Below, one piece after another: positions 11,476-23,999 of a stretch of 64,000 nt of DNA. The notes under the pieces were generated by a model. That model ran no database searches. It was not told the origin of the DNA and was given only the letters and a program-made list of their open reading frames with translations. Numbering within the stretch: the stretch's first letter is position 1; every line of letters begins with the position of its first letter. This DNA comes from Candidatus Stammera capleta (lineage in GTDB: Bacteria; Pseudomonadota; Gammaproteobacteria; Enterobacterales; Enterobacteriaceae), in NCBI GenBank assembly GCA_015139955.1, contig CP043991.1:56368-120367 (forward strand), in the 5' to 3' direction. Position numbers and translations under genes: made by a program.

Positions 11476-12444
11476 ATGTTTAATTCTAAAAAAATAATTA
11501 ATAAATTTAATAAAGAAATTCAAGAAGTCAAAAATAATAATCATGTCGTTAAATTATATAAAAAATATTTAAGTAAAAAAGGTAAAATTACTAACTTAAT
11601 AAAATTAATCAAAAATATTCCTAAAAAATTAAAACCTAAATTTGGAAAAAAAATTAATAATATAAAAAATTATATTAAAAAAAACATTAATATATTAAAA
11701 AAAAAATATCAATATTCAAAAAAAAATATTTATATAGATTTATCATTACCAGGAAGATGTTTTCTTACAAAAGGAAATATGCATCCTATTACTAAAATAA
11801 TTAGTAAAATAGAAAATTTTTTCTATAAATTAGGATTTAAAAATATTCAAGGTAATGAAATAGAAGATATATATCATAATTTTGATGCATTAAATATTAA
11901 TAAATATCATCCTTCTAGATCTAAAAAAGATACTTTTTGAATAAATAGAAAAAAATTATTACGTACACAAACATCATGTATGCAAATAAGATGTTTAAAA
12001 TATATAAAACCACCTGTAAAAATTATTACTTCCGGATGTGTATTTAGAAAAGATTATGATCATACTCATACTCCTATGTTTCATCAATTAGAATGTTTTG
12101 TAATTGACAAAAATATTAATCTTACTAATCTAAAATATATAATTAATGAATTTATTAATTATTTTTTTAGAAAAAAAATACAAAAAAAATTTCTTCCAGC
12201 ATATTTCCCATTTACTGAACCTTCTTTAGAAATTTATATTAAATTTAAAAATAAAAAATGATTAGAAATTCTTGGCTGTGGATTGATACATCCTAAAATA
12301 TTAAAAAATTCTAAAATAAATCCTAAAGAATATTCAGGATTTGCTTTAGGTATGGGTATCGAAAGATTATTAATGATTAAATATAATATTTCCGATATAA
12401 GATTATTATATAATAATAACATAGAATTTTTAGATCAATTTTAA
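11476..12444 (+). CDS. pheS: Phenylalanyl-tRNA synthetase alpha subunit
   Basis: Fragments 11476-11940 and 11980-12261 plus a tail share one frame. FRKDYDHTHTPMFHQLE is present, and the hand-translated tail reads WLEILGCGLIHPKIL...GFALGMGIERLLM. TAA at 12442-12444. Confidence 0.92.
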
Positions 12445-12448
12445 AATA

Positions 12449-14653
12449 ATGAAATTTTTTGAAGATTGAATAAGAGAATATTATAAGAGTAATTTAAATA
12501 TTAAAAATATAATATCTGTATTAAATAAAAATGGTTTTGAAATTAAAAATTCAAATATTAATAATATAAATAAAAAATATATTTTTAAAAAAGTTTTATT
12601 TCATAAAAATATTAATGAATATTTATCAGAAATTAAAATAGAAAATAATATTACTTTATATATCAAAAATATAAAAGAAAATTTAAAAAATAAAAATATA
12701 TTTATACATATAAAAAATATTAAAAAAAATATAAGCCTTTTTTATTACAAAATTCAAATAAAAGGTATATATATATATATATTATATAAAAACAAATTTA
12801 AGAAACAAATAAAATTAATTCAAAAATATAATTACTTAGAAATTAATATACCTTATAACAGATTCGATTGTAATAATGTATATGGTTTAACTAGAGAATT
12901 ATCAACATTAAAAAAAAATAAATATAAAAAAAAAATATATATAGAAAAAAATAAAATAAAAAATAATTTTTCAATTAAAATTGAAGATATTAATAAAAAA
13001 TATATTATAAATTATAAATATTTAATAATAAAAAAAATTCATTTATATAAATTTAAAACACCTAATATTATCAAAAAAAGACTAACAAAACTAGATATTC
13101 AATATAAAAATAATATTATAGATATAATGTTATATATTTTAATAGAATCTGGGCAAAAAATTATTTACTTTGATTTAGATAAAATTAAAAAATATAATAA
13201 AAATAAAAAAAATAAAATTTATTTAAATATTTCAAATACAAAAAAATTTATAGTAAATAAAAAAACAAAAAATTTAATTATTATAGCTCCATTATATAAT
13301 ATAAAATATATTAAAAAAATTAAAAAAAATATTTTTTGTTTCAAAAATAAATATTTAAATAACATAGATAAAAATACACAAAATTATTTTTTAGAAAAAA
13401 CATCACATATTTTAAAAAAAATATGTGGAGGTAAAGTTAGTAATATAATTACTAAAGAAAAAAAAAAAAATAAATCTACATATATAAATTTAATTTATAA
13501 AGATATAAATAAAAATATAGGTATAAATATCCAAAAAATACATATTATAAATATATTAAAAAAAATAAAATGTAAATTAATAATTAAAAAAAAAAAAATA
13601 TATGTTAAAACTCCTTTATGGAGATATGATTTAAAAATTAAAGAAGATTTAGTTGAAGAAATAATAAAAAAATATGGATATAATAATATCCCAAAAAAAT
13701 CATGAAATACTAAATTAATATTTAATAAAGAAAATTATTATAAAAAAATAATAAATAAAATTAAAATTTTTTTTACTAATATAGGATATAAAGAAGTAAT
13801 AAATTTTCATTTTTCTAATTCTAAAGATAAAAATATTTTTAAAAATAATCATAAATATATTAAAATTTTAAATCCTATATCTCAAGATATGACATATATG
13901 AGAACATCATTAATACCAGGATTAGTTAAAAATATATATACAAATACTAAAAGACAAAATAAAAATATTAAAATTTTTGAAATAGGAACATGTTATATAA
14001 AAAAAAAAAATAAAATTTACCAAAAAAAAATTTTTTCAGCTGTAATTTATGGACACAAAAATAAAGAAAATTGATTTTTTAAAAAAAAAAAAATATTTGA
14101 TTTTTATGATATTAAAGGAGATTTAGAATTTTTTTTTAAAAAATATAATAAATTTTTTCTTTATAACATAAAAAAATCTAAATATAAAATTTTAGATATT
14201 AATCAGAATACAAAAATTATTTTTAATAATAAAAAAATAGGTTTAATGGGTAAATTAAATAAAAAAATACAAAACTATTTTTCTCTGAAATATCCTATAT
14301 ATTTATTTGAAATAAAAATAAAAAATATTTTATTTTCAATAAATAAAAAAATTAAAAATATATCTAAATATCCTTTTAATACTCGAGATATTACAATTAT
14401 AATACCAAATAATATTTGAATAACAGAAATAATTCAAAAATGTTATATAGTTAATAAAAAAAGAATCAAAGAAGTTAATATAATTAAAACATATACAAAC
14501 AAAAATTTACAAAAAAATAATAAAAAAAATATTACTATAAGAATAGTAATACAAGACAATTGTAAAACATTAAAAGATAATAAAATAAATCAAATAATTA
14601 ATAAGTGTAAAAAAATGTTAAAAAAAAATTTTTTTGCAATAATTAAAGATTAA
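12449..14653 (+). CDS. pheT: Phenylalanyl-tRNA synthetase beta subunit
   Basis: The N-terminus MKFFEDWIREYY resembles E. coli MKFSELWLREWV. Fragments 13127-13705 and 13889-14074 share its frame. TAA at 14651-14653. The interior was not exhaustively checked. Confidence 0.85.
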
Positions 14654-14655
14654 AA

Positions 14656-14964
14656 ATGCATTATAATAAAAATAATATAATTAATTATATTAAAAAAAAA
14701 AAAAAAATAGGTAAAAAAAAAATTAATATAGTAATTACTAATTTTTTTAAAAAAATAATATTTTATATTAAAAAAAATAAAGTTATTCAAATAAAAAATT
14801 TTGGAAAATTTTTTATAAAAAAAACACAAATAAAAAAATGAATAAATCCAAAAAATAAAAAAAAATATATTATATATCCCAAAAAAATACTTAAATTTAA
14901 AATTAGTAAAATATTCAAAAAAAAAATAAATAAATTAAATTTTTATAAAAAAAATAATTTATAA
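14656..14964 (+). CDS. ihfA: Integration host factor alpha subunit
   Basis: IQIKNFGKFFIKKTQIKKWINPKNKKKYIIYPKKILKFKIS matches the HU/IHF fold and arm. It sits in the canonical position after pheT. Read through TGA at 14839-14841. Confidence 0.8.
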
Positions 14965-15005
14965 TTATCAAATATTTTAATAAAAAAATATTTTATATAT
15001 ATATT

Positions 15006-15734
15006 ATGAAAAAAATAGAAATTAAAAAAAAATATATAAAAACAAAAGATAAAAATTTATTACCAATATATTACTGTATACCTAAAAAAAATACTTCTAA
15101 AAAAAAAATAATAATAATAATAGAAGAAATATTTGGAGTAAATAAAAATATTAAAAACATATGTAAAAAAATATCAAAAAATAAATATATATCTGTAGCA
15201 CCAGAATTATTATTTAGAATTAAAAATATTGATTTTAAACAAAATATTAATGATTTAAGAAATAAAGTAAATACTTTATCAGATAAAATTATTATTAATG
15301 ATATTATTAACTTAATACAATGATTAAAAAAAAAATATAAAACTGACAGAATAGGTATAACAGGATTTTGTTGAGGAGGTAGAATAACTTGATTATTTAC
15401 TTATTTTCAAACATATCATATAAAAACTGCAGTAATATGATATGGTAGAATATTTGGTATAAGAAATTATAATCATCCAATTCATCCTATAGATATAGGA
15501 AATAAAATTAAAATACCAGTATTAGGTTTATACGGTGAGAAAGACGAAAGTATACCTTTGAATACAGTAAATAAAATGAGAAAAAAAATAACTTCTATTA
15601 ATAAAAAAAATAAAATTATAATATATAAAAAAGCGCAACATGGTTTTTTTGCAGACTATAGATCTACTTATAATAAAAAGATAGCTAAAAAAGCTTGAAA
15701 AAAAATGATAAATTGATTTAATATAAATATATAA
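15006..15734 (+). CDS. Dienelactone hydrolase family protein
   Basis: Track ORF 15006-15323 extends through several TGA codons. The nucleophile motif is ITGFCWGGRITW (both W are TGA). IPVLGLYGEKDESIP and AQHGFFADY follow. TAA at 15732-15734. Confidence 0.75.
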
Positions 15735-15742
15735 AAAATACT

Positions 15743-16471
15743 ATGAAAAAATATTCATATTACTACTATGATAGTAGTATAAGTACAATTCATTCCTATA
15801 TTAATAATGTATACGGATGAATGTCATGCGGATTATTATTAACTTCATTTACAACATGATATACAACTAAAATACCTTTTTTATTAGAAATAATATTTTT
15901 TAATCAATTTTTTTTAGTTACAATATTAATATTACAATTAATAGTTGTTTTTGCACTTTCTAATATGATAAATAAATTATCTGCTAATTTTGCTATAGCC
16001 TTATTTATATTTTATTCTATTTTAACAGGATTATCTATTTCTAGTATATTTTTAATATATACATATATATCTATAACAACAACATTTTTGACAACAAGTA
16101 TAATGTTTGGGATAATGAGTATATGAGGATATAGTACTAAACAAGATTTAACTAAAATGGGTAATTTAGCACTAATGTCTTTAATAGGTATTATGATTGC
16201 TACTACAATAAATTTTTTTTTACAAAATGATTATTTAATATGAATAATTTCATATTTAGGTATACTATCTTTTTCTATATTAGTAGCTTGAGATACTCAA
16301 AAATTAAAAGAAATAGGACACTATATTACTAGTGAACATGATGAACAATTTAGAAAATATTCAATATTAGGAGCATTAATATTATATTTAGATTTTATTA
16401 ATTTATATTTATTAATATTAAAATTAATAGGAATAAAATTAGAAAAAGAAGACGAAAATAAAAATGAATAA
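15743..16471 (+). CDS. ybhL: BAX-inhibitor-1 / YbhL family inner membrane protein
   Basis: Hand translation gives NNVYGWMSCGLLLTSFTTWY...LSANFAIALFIFYSILTGLSISSIF...AWDTQKLKE...RKYSILGALILYLDFINLYL, colinear with E. coli YbhL. Not in the track because it is split by TGA. Confidence 0.8.
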
Positions 16472-16807
16472 CTAAAAATAAATTCAAATAAAAAATTAAA
16501 ACAGATAAAATTACTCTAATATTTAAAATTAAAGAAAAATTATTAATTTTAATAAAATAATTTTAAAATTAATTAAAATTTTTATTTTAATATATTATAT
16601 ATATAAAATGTTAATTTTGATAAAAATATTTAAAAATCAAAAAATATAAATCTAAAATAAAAATTTTTTTTTTAAAAAAGAATATAAATTTAAAAAATAA
16701 AAATAACTTTGAAAAAACACTACACACTATTCATTAATTTTATTACAAAAAAATATAAAAATAATTTATTAAAATTTAATATACAAAGACATATTAATTT
16801 ATAAATA

Positions 16808-17323
16808 TTATTTTTTACAAGAAGAAATTATTTCTTTAGCTGCATGTACATCTTCTCAACCTTTATTTTCAACTCATTTATTCTTTTCTAAAGATTTATA
16901 ATTTTCAAAAAAATAATTTATTTGATCTAATAATAGTTTATCTACATCATTTATATCTTGAATATGATTATAATGATTAGAAACATCATAATTAGGCACA
17001 GATAAAATTTTAAAATCTTCTCCAGATTCATCAATTAACTTTAATAATCCTACAGGACGAGTATGTATTACAGATTGAGGAATTAAAGGATAAGGAGATA
17101 TTACTAAAACATCTAAAGGATCATTATCTTTAGATAAAGTATTATTTATATAACCATAATTACATGGATAAAACATTGGTACATTAATAAATCTATCTAC
17201 AAATAAAGCATTATAATGTATATTATATTCATATTTAACAGGATAAAATCCTGAAGATATTTCTATAATACTATAAATATCATTTGGTATATTATTACCA
17301 ACAGGAATATTCTTTAAACTCAT
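16808..17323 (-). CDS. ppa: Inorganic pyrophosphatase
   Basis: MSLKNIPVGNNIPNDIYSIIEISSG...FYPCNYGYINNTLSKDNDPLDVLV. ATG at 17321-17323 has GAGGA upstream; the track start at 17335 is an upstream TTG. Read through TGA at 16874-16876 into WVENKGWEDVHAAKEII. TAA at 16808-16810. Confidence 0.93.
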
Positions 17324-17402
17324 ATTTTTCCTCAAAATAATAATTTTGATTTAACAAATAATTAACTTATAATAAATTATTATAATACAATAATTTAAAA
17401 AT

Positions 17403-18752
17403 ATGAATAACAAAAAAACAAATTCTAAAACAATTAATCAGAAAATTATTAAAACTTTTAATATTTTAAAAAAATATATTAAAGGAAATATACAAATAAA
17501 AGTATGAATCAATAATGAAACTAATTTAAAAATAAAAAACCAAAAATTAGAAAATATAAATTATATTAAAGATACTAATATTAGTATTACAGTTTATCAA
17601 AATAATAGAAAATATTATATAACATGTAATAATTTTAAAAAAAATACTATTTTACAATGTATTAACTATATAAATAATAATATTAAAAATATTTCTATTG
17701 ATAAATATAATCAATTAACAAATTATAATTTATATAACCAAAAATATGAACCAAATTTAGGTTTAATATTTAATGATAATATATGTGTAAAAGATATGAT
17801 TATTATTTCAAAAAATATAGAAAAAAATACTTTAAATTTAAATAAATATTTAATAAGTGAAGGAATAACATTTAGTAAAAATAAAAATAGTATATGAATA
17901 TATAATGATTATAAAAAAATAAAAACTTTTTCTACTAAATTATATTTAATCATTGTAAATATGATAATAAAAAAAAAATCTTTTATGGAACAAGATTATA
18001 TATATATATGTAGTCATAAATTATTAGATCTAATGAATAAATATCATTATTTAAGTAAAAAAATATTTAAAAAAATTAAAAAAAAAACAAATATAAAACA
18101 TATAAATACTCAAAAAATTTCAGTAATATTTAATCAAGAAACAAGTACAGAAATATTTCAATATTTAAGTAAATCTATTAACGGTTATAATATATATAAT
18201 AAAACATCATTTATGTTAAATAAAATAAATAAAAGAATATTACCAAAATGAATGAATATTATAGAAAATCCCTTTATATATAAAGGTATAGGATCTAAAC
18301 CATTTGATTATGAAGGTTCAAATACCTATAAATATTATTTAATCAAACAAGGTAAATTAAAAACATGAATATTAGACACATATTCATCTAAAAAATTAGA
18401 TATTAAAAATACATGTAATTCAGGTGGTATACATAATTGGTGTTTTATAAATAAAAAAAAAAATATTAGTTACAAAAAATTAATTAAGAAAATGTATAAT
18501 GGTTTAATAATAGATAAATTATTAGGTCAAGGAGTAAATATAACAACAGGATTATACTCTAAAGGTATATCTGGTTTTTTAGTAAAAAACGGTAAAATTA
18601 CATCTTTTATAAATGAAGCAACAATATCAGGAAATTTAAAAAAATTATTTAAAAATATACTTGATATGAGTAATGATATTAATATCTATTCTTCTATAAG
18701 AACAGGATCAATTTTAGTATCTAATATACAAATAACAGGTCAAAATCATTAA
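17403..18752 (+). CDS. pmbA: PmbA/TldE metalloprotease subunit
   Basis: Fragments 17961-18251 and 18492-18752 share a frame with ATG 17403. The C-terminus LGQGVNITTGLYSKGISGFLVKNGKI..ATISGNLKKLF..ITGQ matches PmbA. 449 codons versus 450 in E. coli. Confidence 0.85.
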
Positions 18753-19031
18753 TTAAAAAATTTTTAAAATATATTTTTTAATTTAATTAATTTTAAAAAA
18801 TAAAATAAATTTATTAAAATTAATAAAAATTCAATAAAAAATATTATTTATTAAAAAAATATTTTATAAAAAACAATTCTTATCAAATTTAATAATAAAT
18901 TTTAAATAATTAATCATAATTTTATTTTCACAAAAATATTTTAAATAAAATAAATTTAAATAAATAGTTATATAAAAAAATAAATATAAAATTTTACATA
19001 AAATTTTTACTAAAATAAATATATAAAATAT

Positions 19032-20117
19032 TTAATTTTTTAATAAATTTAAACAATTTAATATTTTAAAAATTTTAGATAAATATTTAATAATATATTT
19101 TTGACTATTTCTTAATCATACTCTAGGATCATAAAATTTTTTATTAGGTTTATCTTTTCCATTAGGATTACCTAATTGAGAACTTAAATAATTTTTATTA
19201 ATTAAATAATAATTTAATACACCTTTTCACGAAGATCATTGTATATCAGTATCTAAATTAATTTTTATAACACCATAAGAAATAGATTTTCTAATAATCT
19301 TTTCTTCACAACCAGAACCACCATGAAAAACAAAATTTAATGGATTTTTAATTTTCATAGAAAATGTTTCACTTACTAATTTTTGAGAATTTAATAAAAT
19401 ATCTGGTAATAAAAATATATTTTCAGATTTATATACTCCATGTACATTACCAAAAGAAGCTGCTATAGTGAAAATTTTACTAATTTTAATTAATCTTTTA
19501 TAAGCATATAATACATCTTTAGGAGAAGTATATAAATATTTACGAGATATAAGACTATTATCTAAACCATCTTCTTCTCCTCCTGTACATCCTAATTCCA
19601 TTTCTAAATTTATATTTAATTTTTTAAATTTATTTAAATAATAACAACATATATCTAAATTATCTTTAATTTTACACTTTGATAAATCAATCATATGTGA
19701 ACTAAATAAAGGTTTACCATAATTATTATAAAAATCTTTACTATAATTTAATAAACCATCTAATCATAATAAATAATCTTTAGTACAATGATCAGTATGC
19801 AAAATTACTGGAACTTTATAATATATAGAAGCTTCATGTATATATTTAGCACCTAAAATAGCACCATAAATAGCAGATTGAATTTTTTTTTTTTTAAAAA
19901 CATTATTACCTATAAAAAAAGAAGAACCAGAAAAAGAAAATTGAATAATAACTATAGTATTAAATTTTTTGGCTGCTTCAAGAATAGAATTTATTGAATT
20001 AGTATCAATACAATTAATTGCTGGTAAAGCAATTTTTTTTTTTTTTGCAAAATTAAATAATTTATGCATATCTTTACCAGATAAAACACCAGGTTTAACA
20101 AAACTTAAAAAATTCAT
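19032..20117 (-). CDS. fbaA: Fructose-bisphosphate aldolase class II
   Basis: FVKPGVLSGKD, VPVILHTDHC, LEMELGCTGGEEDG, TIAASFGNVHGVYK and FVFHGGSG are present. Fragments 19236-19694 and 19764-20117 are joined through TGA at conserved W (LLW-LDGLL, DTDIQ-W). TAA at 19032-19034. Confidence 0.95.
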
Positions 20118-20146
20118 AATATTATTAATTATTTAATTATTAAAAT

Positions 20147-21319
20147 TTAAAATAAATCTAATTTATTTTTTAAAGCAGATATAACTGGAAGTTCTTGACC
20201 TTCTAAAAATTTTAAAAAAGATCCTCCTCCTGTAGATATATAAGAAACTTTATCAACAATATTAAAATATTCTATGGCTGCTATAGTATCTCCACCACCT
20301 ACAACAGTAAACGGTTGATTTTTTTTTATTACTTCAGATATACATTTAGTACCTTCTCTAAAATTAGGAAATTCAAAAACACCAACAGGTCCATTTCATA
20401 ATATAGTTTTGGCTTTTATTAAAATATTATACATTAAATTAATAGTTTTATCACCAAAATCCATTATTTCATCATTATCTGAAATACTATTTATATTACG
20501 TAAATAAGCTTTAGCATTTTTAGAAAATTTTTTTCCTATTCTACTATCAACAGGATAAAATATATTATACTTACTAAGTAATTTTTTTGCTTTATTAATG
20601 TAAGAAGGTTCATATAATGATTTACCTACATTATTATTAATAGCAATAAAAGTATTAGATATACCACCTCCTACTATTAAATTATCAGATATAGAACCTA
20701 AATAATTTAAAACATTAAATTTTGTTGATATTTTAGCTCCACCTACAATTGATACTAATGGTCTAATTGGATTAGATACAATATTAGCTAAAGCTTTAAT
20801 TTCAGCATTAAATAATAATCCTATGCAAGATATAGGTACAAAATTAATTATTCCATATGTGGAAGAATGTTTTCTATGTGCAGTAGCAAAAGCATCCATA
20901 ACAAAAATATCACACATATTTGCATATTTTTTAGATAAAGATTTACTATTTTTATTTTCACCAATATTAAAACGAACATTTTCTAACATAAAAATTTTAC
21001 TTTTATATTTCGAAAAAGATATTTTTTTATTTAAATAATTAGATATAAAATTTATAGAAATATTAAGTTTTTTTTCTAAATAATTAACTATAGGTAATAA
21101 AGTATATTTTTTATTATATATACCTTCAATAGGTCTACCTAAATGAGAAGTTAAAATTATTATAGCTCCTTTATTTAAAGCATATTTAATAGTTGGTAAA
21201 GAAGATTTAATTCTTTTATTAGATAAAATAATACCATCACGTATAGGAACATTAAAATCTAATCTAATCATAACTTTTTTATTAAATAAATCTATATCTT
21301 TAATTGTTAAAATAGACAT
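20147..21319 (-). CDS. pgk: Phosphoglycerate kinase
   Basis: [43 protein letters not shown] at 20396-20398 falls at conserved [17 protein letters not shown] at 21317-21319 has GAGGTG upstream. TAA at 20147-20149. Confidence 0.95.
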
Positions 21320-21360
21320 AATCACCTCATTAATTTTTTAAAAAATAATGTAAAATATTT

Positions 21361-21900
21361 TTAAAATATTTTTTTTAAATATATACTAGTATTTCATAAT
21401 TTTAAAAATTCTTTTTTATATTTATTAGCTATATTAGGCATACCATTTAAATAAATAATATTTTCTGCGTTCAAAGAATTTGCAGAAAAAGTATAATTAT
21501 ATGAACCAGTTTCTACTGATTTGCCATCAATAACTAAAAATTTATTATGCATAATATTATAATTGAAATTTATTTTTATAGGTATATTTAAATTCATTAT
21601 TTTATTTAAAACATATAATTTATTTTTAATATTTTTACCATCTAATAAAATTTTTACTTTAACACCTTTTTTATAAATATTATTTAAAGCATTAATAATT
21701 TTTTTACTACTTAAAGTATATGCAACTACTAAAATTTCTTTTTTAGCATTATTAATATAATTAATTATTTTATTTTCTATTCTAATATTTTTATTAGAAG
21801 AAAAGTAGACCATTATTTTAGGTTTATTGAATAAATTATATGAAAAACAAATATTTAAAAATAAAAAAAATATAATTATTAAAATATTTTTATTTTTCAT
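21361..21900 (-). CDS. Nuc-like single-HKD phospholipase D family endonuclease with an N-terminal signal peptide
   Basis: The hydrophobic N-terminus is MKNKNILIIIFFLFLNICFS. The single HKD motif is HNKFLVIDGKSVETGSYNYT. YFSS..AKKEILVVAYTLSSKKIINAL..KKGVKVKILLD and a C-terminal EFLKLW are colinear with plasmid Nuc-type nucleases (about 175-180 aa). Read through TGA at 21394-21396. TAA at 21361-21363. Confidence 0.75.
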
Positions 21901-21905
21901 AATTT

Positions 21906-22436
21906 TTATTTTAAAACATTTAAATTAAAAATATCTAAAATTAATTTACTTACTCAAATATTTATTCTTTTATTAGTAAATTTATATTGATTAACTTCAT
22001 CAATCATTAAACCAATAAAATAATGTTTATTAATTAAACTTATAGAATTTTTAAAAAAATAATTTTTTGTAGGTCAATATCCAATTATTGTGGCATTATT
22101 TTTTTTTACTATTTTATATAATTTATAAACACCATCACAAAAATGATTACTATAATCTTTTTGATTACCACAACCAAAAAAACATACAACTTTATTAATA
22201 AAATTTATTTTTTTAAATTTATTTAGAAAATTATCTCAATCATATTGTAATTCACCAGAATATCATGTTGATGTACCTATTATTAAAATATCAAAATTTT
22301 TAAAATCATTTAAACAACTATCAATAATATTTAAAATACTTACATCCATATATTTATTTATTTTTTCATATATTAAATATGCTACTTTTTTAGTACTACC
22401 AGTATCACTACCAAAAAAAATTCCTACTCTAAACAT
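21906..22436 (-). CDS. fldA: Flavodoxin 1
   Basis: Not in the track because it is split by several TGA codons. Hand translation gives MFRVGIFFGSDTGSTKKVA...ILIIGTSTWYSGELQYDWDNF...FFGCGNQKDYSNHFCD...IIGYWPT...FIGLMIDEVNQ, colinear with E. coli FldA and the same 176 aa. Confidence 0.9.
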
Positions 22437-22546
22437 TATATTACCTTAAATAAAATTATTACTTATCATTAGTAATATTATTGTATAATAAATAAATTAA
22501 CTTAGTAAAAAATAATTACTTTTAAAATAAAAATTTTTATAAATAT

Positions 22547-23350
22547 ATGTTAATTAAAAAAAAAACTGTTATTTTTTTAGATTCAGGTATCGGGGGTATA
22601 TCTATTTTAAAAAATATCAATAAATTTTTTAAAAATATTAAAATAATCTATTTTATGGATAATTTAAAATTTCCTTATGGAAATAAAAATTATTTATATA
22701 TTACAAAAAGAATATATAAAATTATTAAATATCTGAATAAAATTTATTATATTTGTATGCTAATACTAGCATGTAATACAGCTAGTGTAATAAGTTTAAA
22801 TTACTTAAAAAAAAAATTTAAATTTCCAATTATAGGAACATTTCCTTCTATAAAAACATCTTTTAAAAAAACAAAAAAAAAAATTATTTTACTTATAGGT
22901 ACTTATTTAACTATAAATTCTTCTTATATTAATAATTTTATTAAGAAATATTTACCTAAAGATATTAAAATAATAAAAAAATATTCATCAGAATTAGTAT
23001 ATCAATCAGAATTAAAAATAAAAAAAAATAAAATAAATATTAAAAAAATAAATAATATTTTTAAAAAAGAAAAAAAAATAAAAAATTTAGATACTATAAT
23101 AATAGGATGTACTCATTATAATTTTTTAATAAAAGAAATAAAAAAAATTTTTAATAAAAAAATATATTTTATAAAAAATTTTATAAAAATTAAAAAAAAA
23201 TATATAATCTTTTTAAAAAAAATAAAAACAAAATATATAAATCAAAAAAAATATTTTTTTTATACTAAAAAAAAAAAAGATATTTTTCTTTTTATTAAAA
23301 ATATAAGAAAAATATATAAATTTTCAATATTTAAAAAAATTAAAATATAA
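22547..23350 (+). CDS. murI: Glutamate racemase
   Basis: Intact track ORF. Motifs FLDSGIGGISIL, FPYGNK, LILACNTASV and IIIGCTHYNF are present. Confidence 0.85.
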   Translation: MLIKKKTVIFLDSGIGGISILKNINKFFKNIKIIYFMDNLKFPYGNKNYLYITKRIYKIIKYLNKIYYICMLILACNTASVISLNYLKKKFKFPIIGTFPSIKTSFKKTKKKIILLIGTYLTINSSYINNFIKKYLPKDIKIIKKYSSELVYQSELKIKKNKINIKKINNIFKKEKKIKNLDTIIIGCTHYNFLIKEIKKIFNKKIYFIKNFIKIKKKYIIFLKKIKTKYINQKKYFFYTKKKKDIFLFIKNIRKIYKFSIFKKIKI

Positions 23351-23360
23351 ATATATTCAA

Positions 23361-23999
23361 ATGATCAATATTAAAAAAATTAAAAATAATTTTGAATGAA
23401 GAAAATTTTTAAAAATATCAATAATATTTAAAATTATTGAACTTTTAATAATATTAGGTAATAAAAATATAATATATTGAAAAATATTATATATATTTTT
23501 TTTAATAAATAAATTAATAGAATTTCCTTTAATAATAGTTACATATATAATATTAATTTATATTTATAAAAAAATAAATAATATTGATGATATTAAATCT
23601 ATAATATTATTATCTACCAGTATTTTATTAATATCTTTAGTAATTAAAGAAATTATTAAAAAAGCTATTTTTATACCAAGACCATATATTTATATACAAA
23701 AACATATCAATCAAAATAATATACCTCAATGAATAATTCATCAATGAGAAAAAAAAAATAATAGTTCTTTCCCTTCTGGGCATACAATATTTACAAGTTA
23801 TTGAATAATTTTATTTTGAAAAAATAAAAAAAAAATTCATTATATAGTTATATTTATATTAATGATATTAACTTTAAGTAGAATATGTCTTTGATTACAT
23901 AGAAGTAATGAATTGATATTTAGTTTTATTATAAATAATATTTCTATATATATAATAAATAAAATAATAACTTATATAAATAAATTAATTAAATCTTAA
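23361..23999 (+). CDS. pgpB: PAP2-family lipid phosphatase (phosphatidylglycerophosphatase B-like)
   Basis: Hand translation shows three acid-phosphatase motifs: KEIIKKAIFIPRP, HQWEKKNNSSFPSGHT and LSRICLWLHRSNE. Multiple hydrophobic segments are present. TAA at 23997-23999. Confidence 0.6.

Noticed and set aside
12771-12792. A (TA)n microsatellite-like run, plus numerous AT-only direct repeats and palindromes, considered as possible CRISPR or repeat elements or as terminator hairpins.
   Set aside because: It lies inside pheT coding sequence. At this base composition such repeats and AT-only hairpins arise by chance. There is no spacer-repeat periodicity or G+C stem to support a call.
17324-17335. 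Longer N-terminal extensions suggested by the track: ppa from TTG 17335, pgk from GTG 21325 and rplL from ATG 53382.
   Set aside because: The downstream ATG in each case matches the E. coli N-terminus and has a properly spaced Shine-Dalgarno-like purine run.
27-21900. The idea that recBCD plus the Nuc-like PLD nuclease mark an anti-phage or defence island.
   Set aside because: The genes are about 13 kb apart and separated by translation and glycolysis genes. There are no companion defence genes, methyltransferases, mobile-element scars or compositional shift. RecBCD is an ordinary housekeeping complex.
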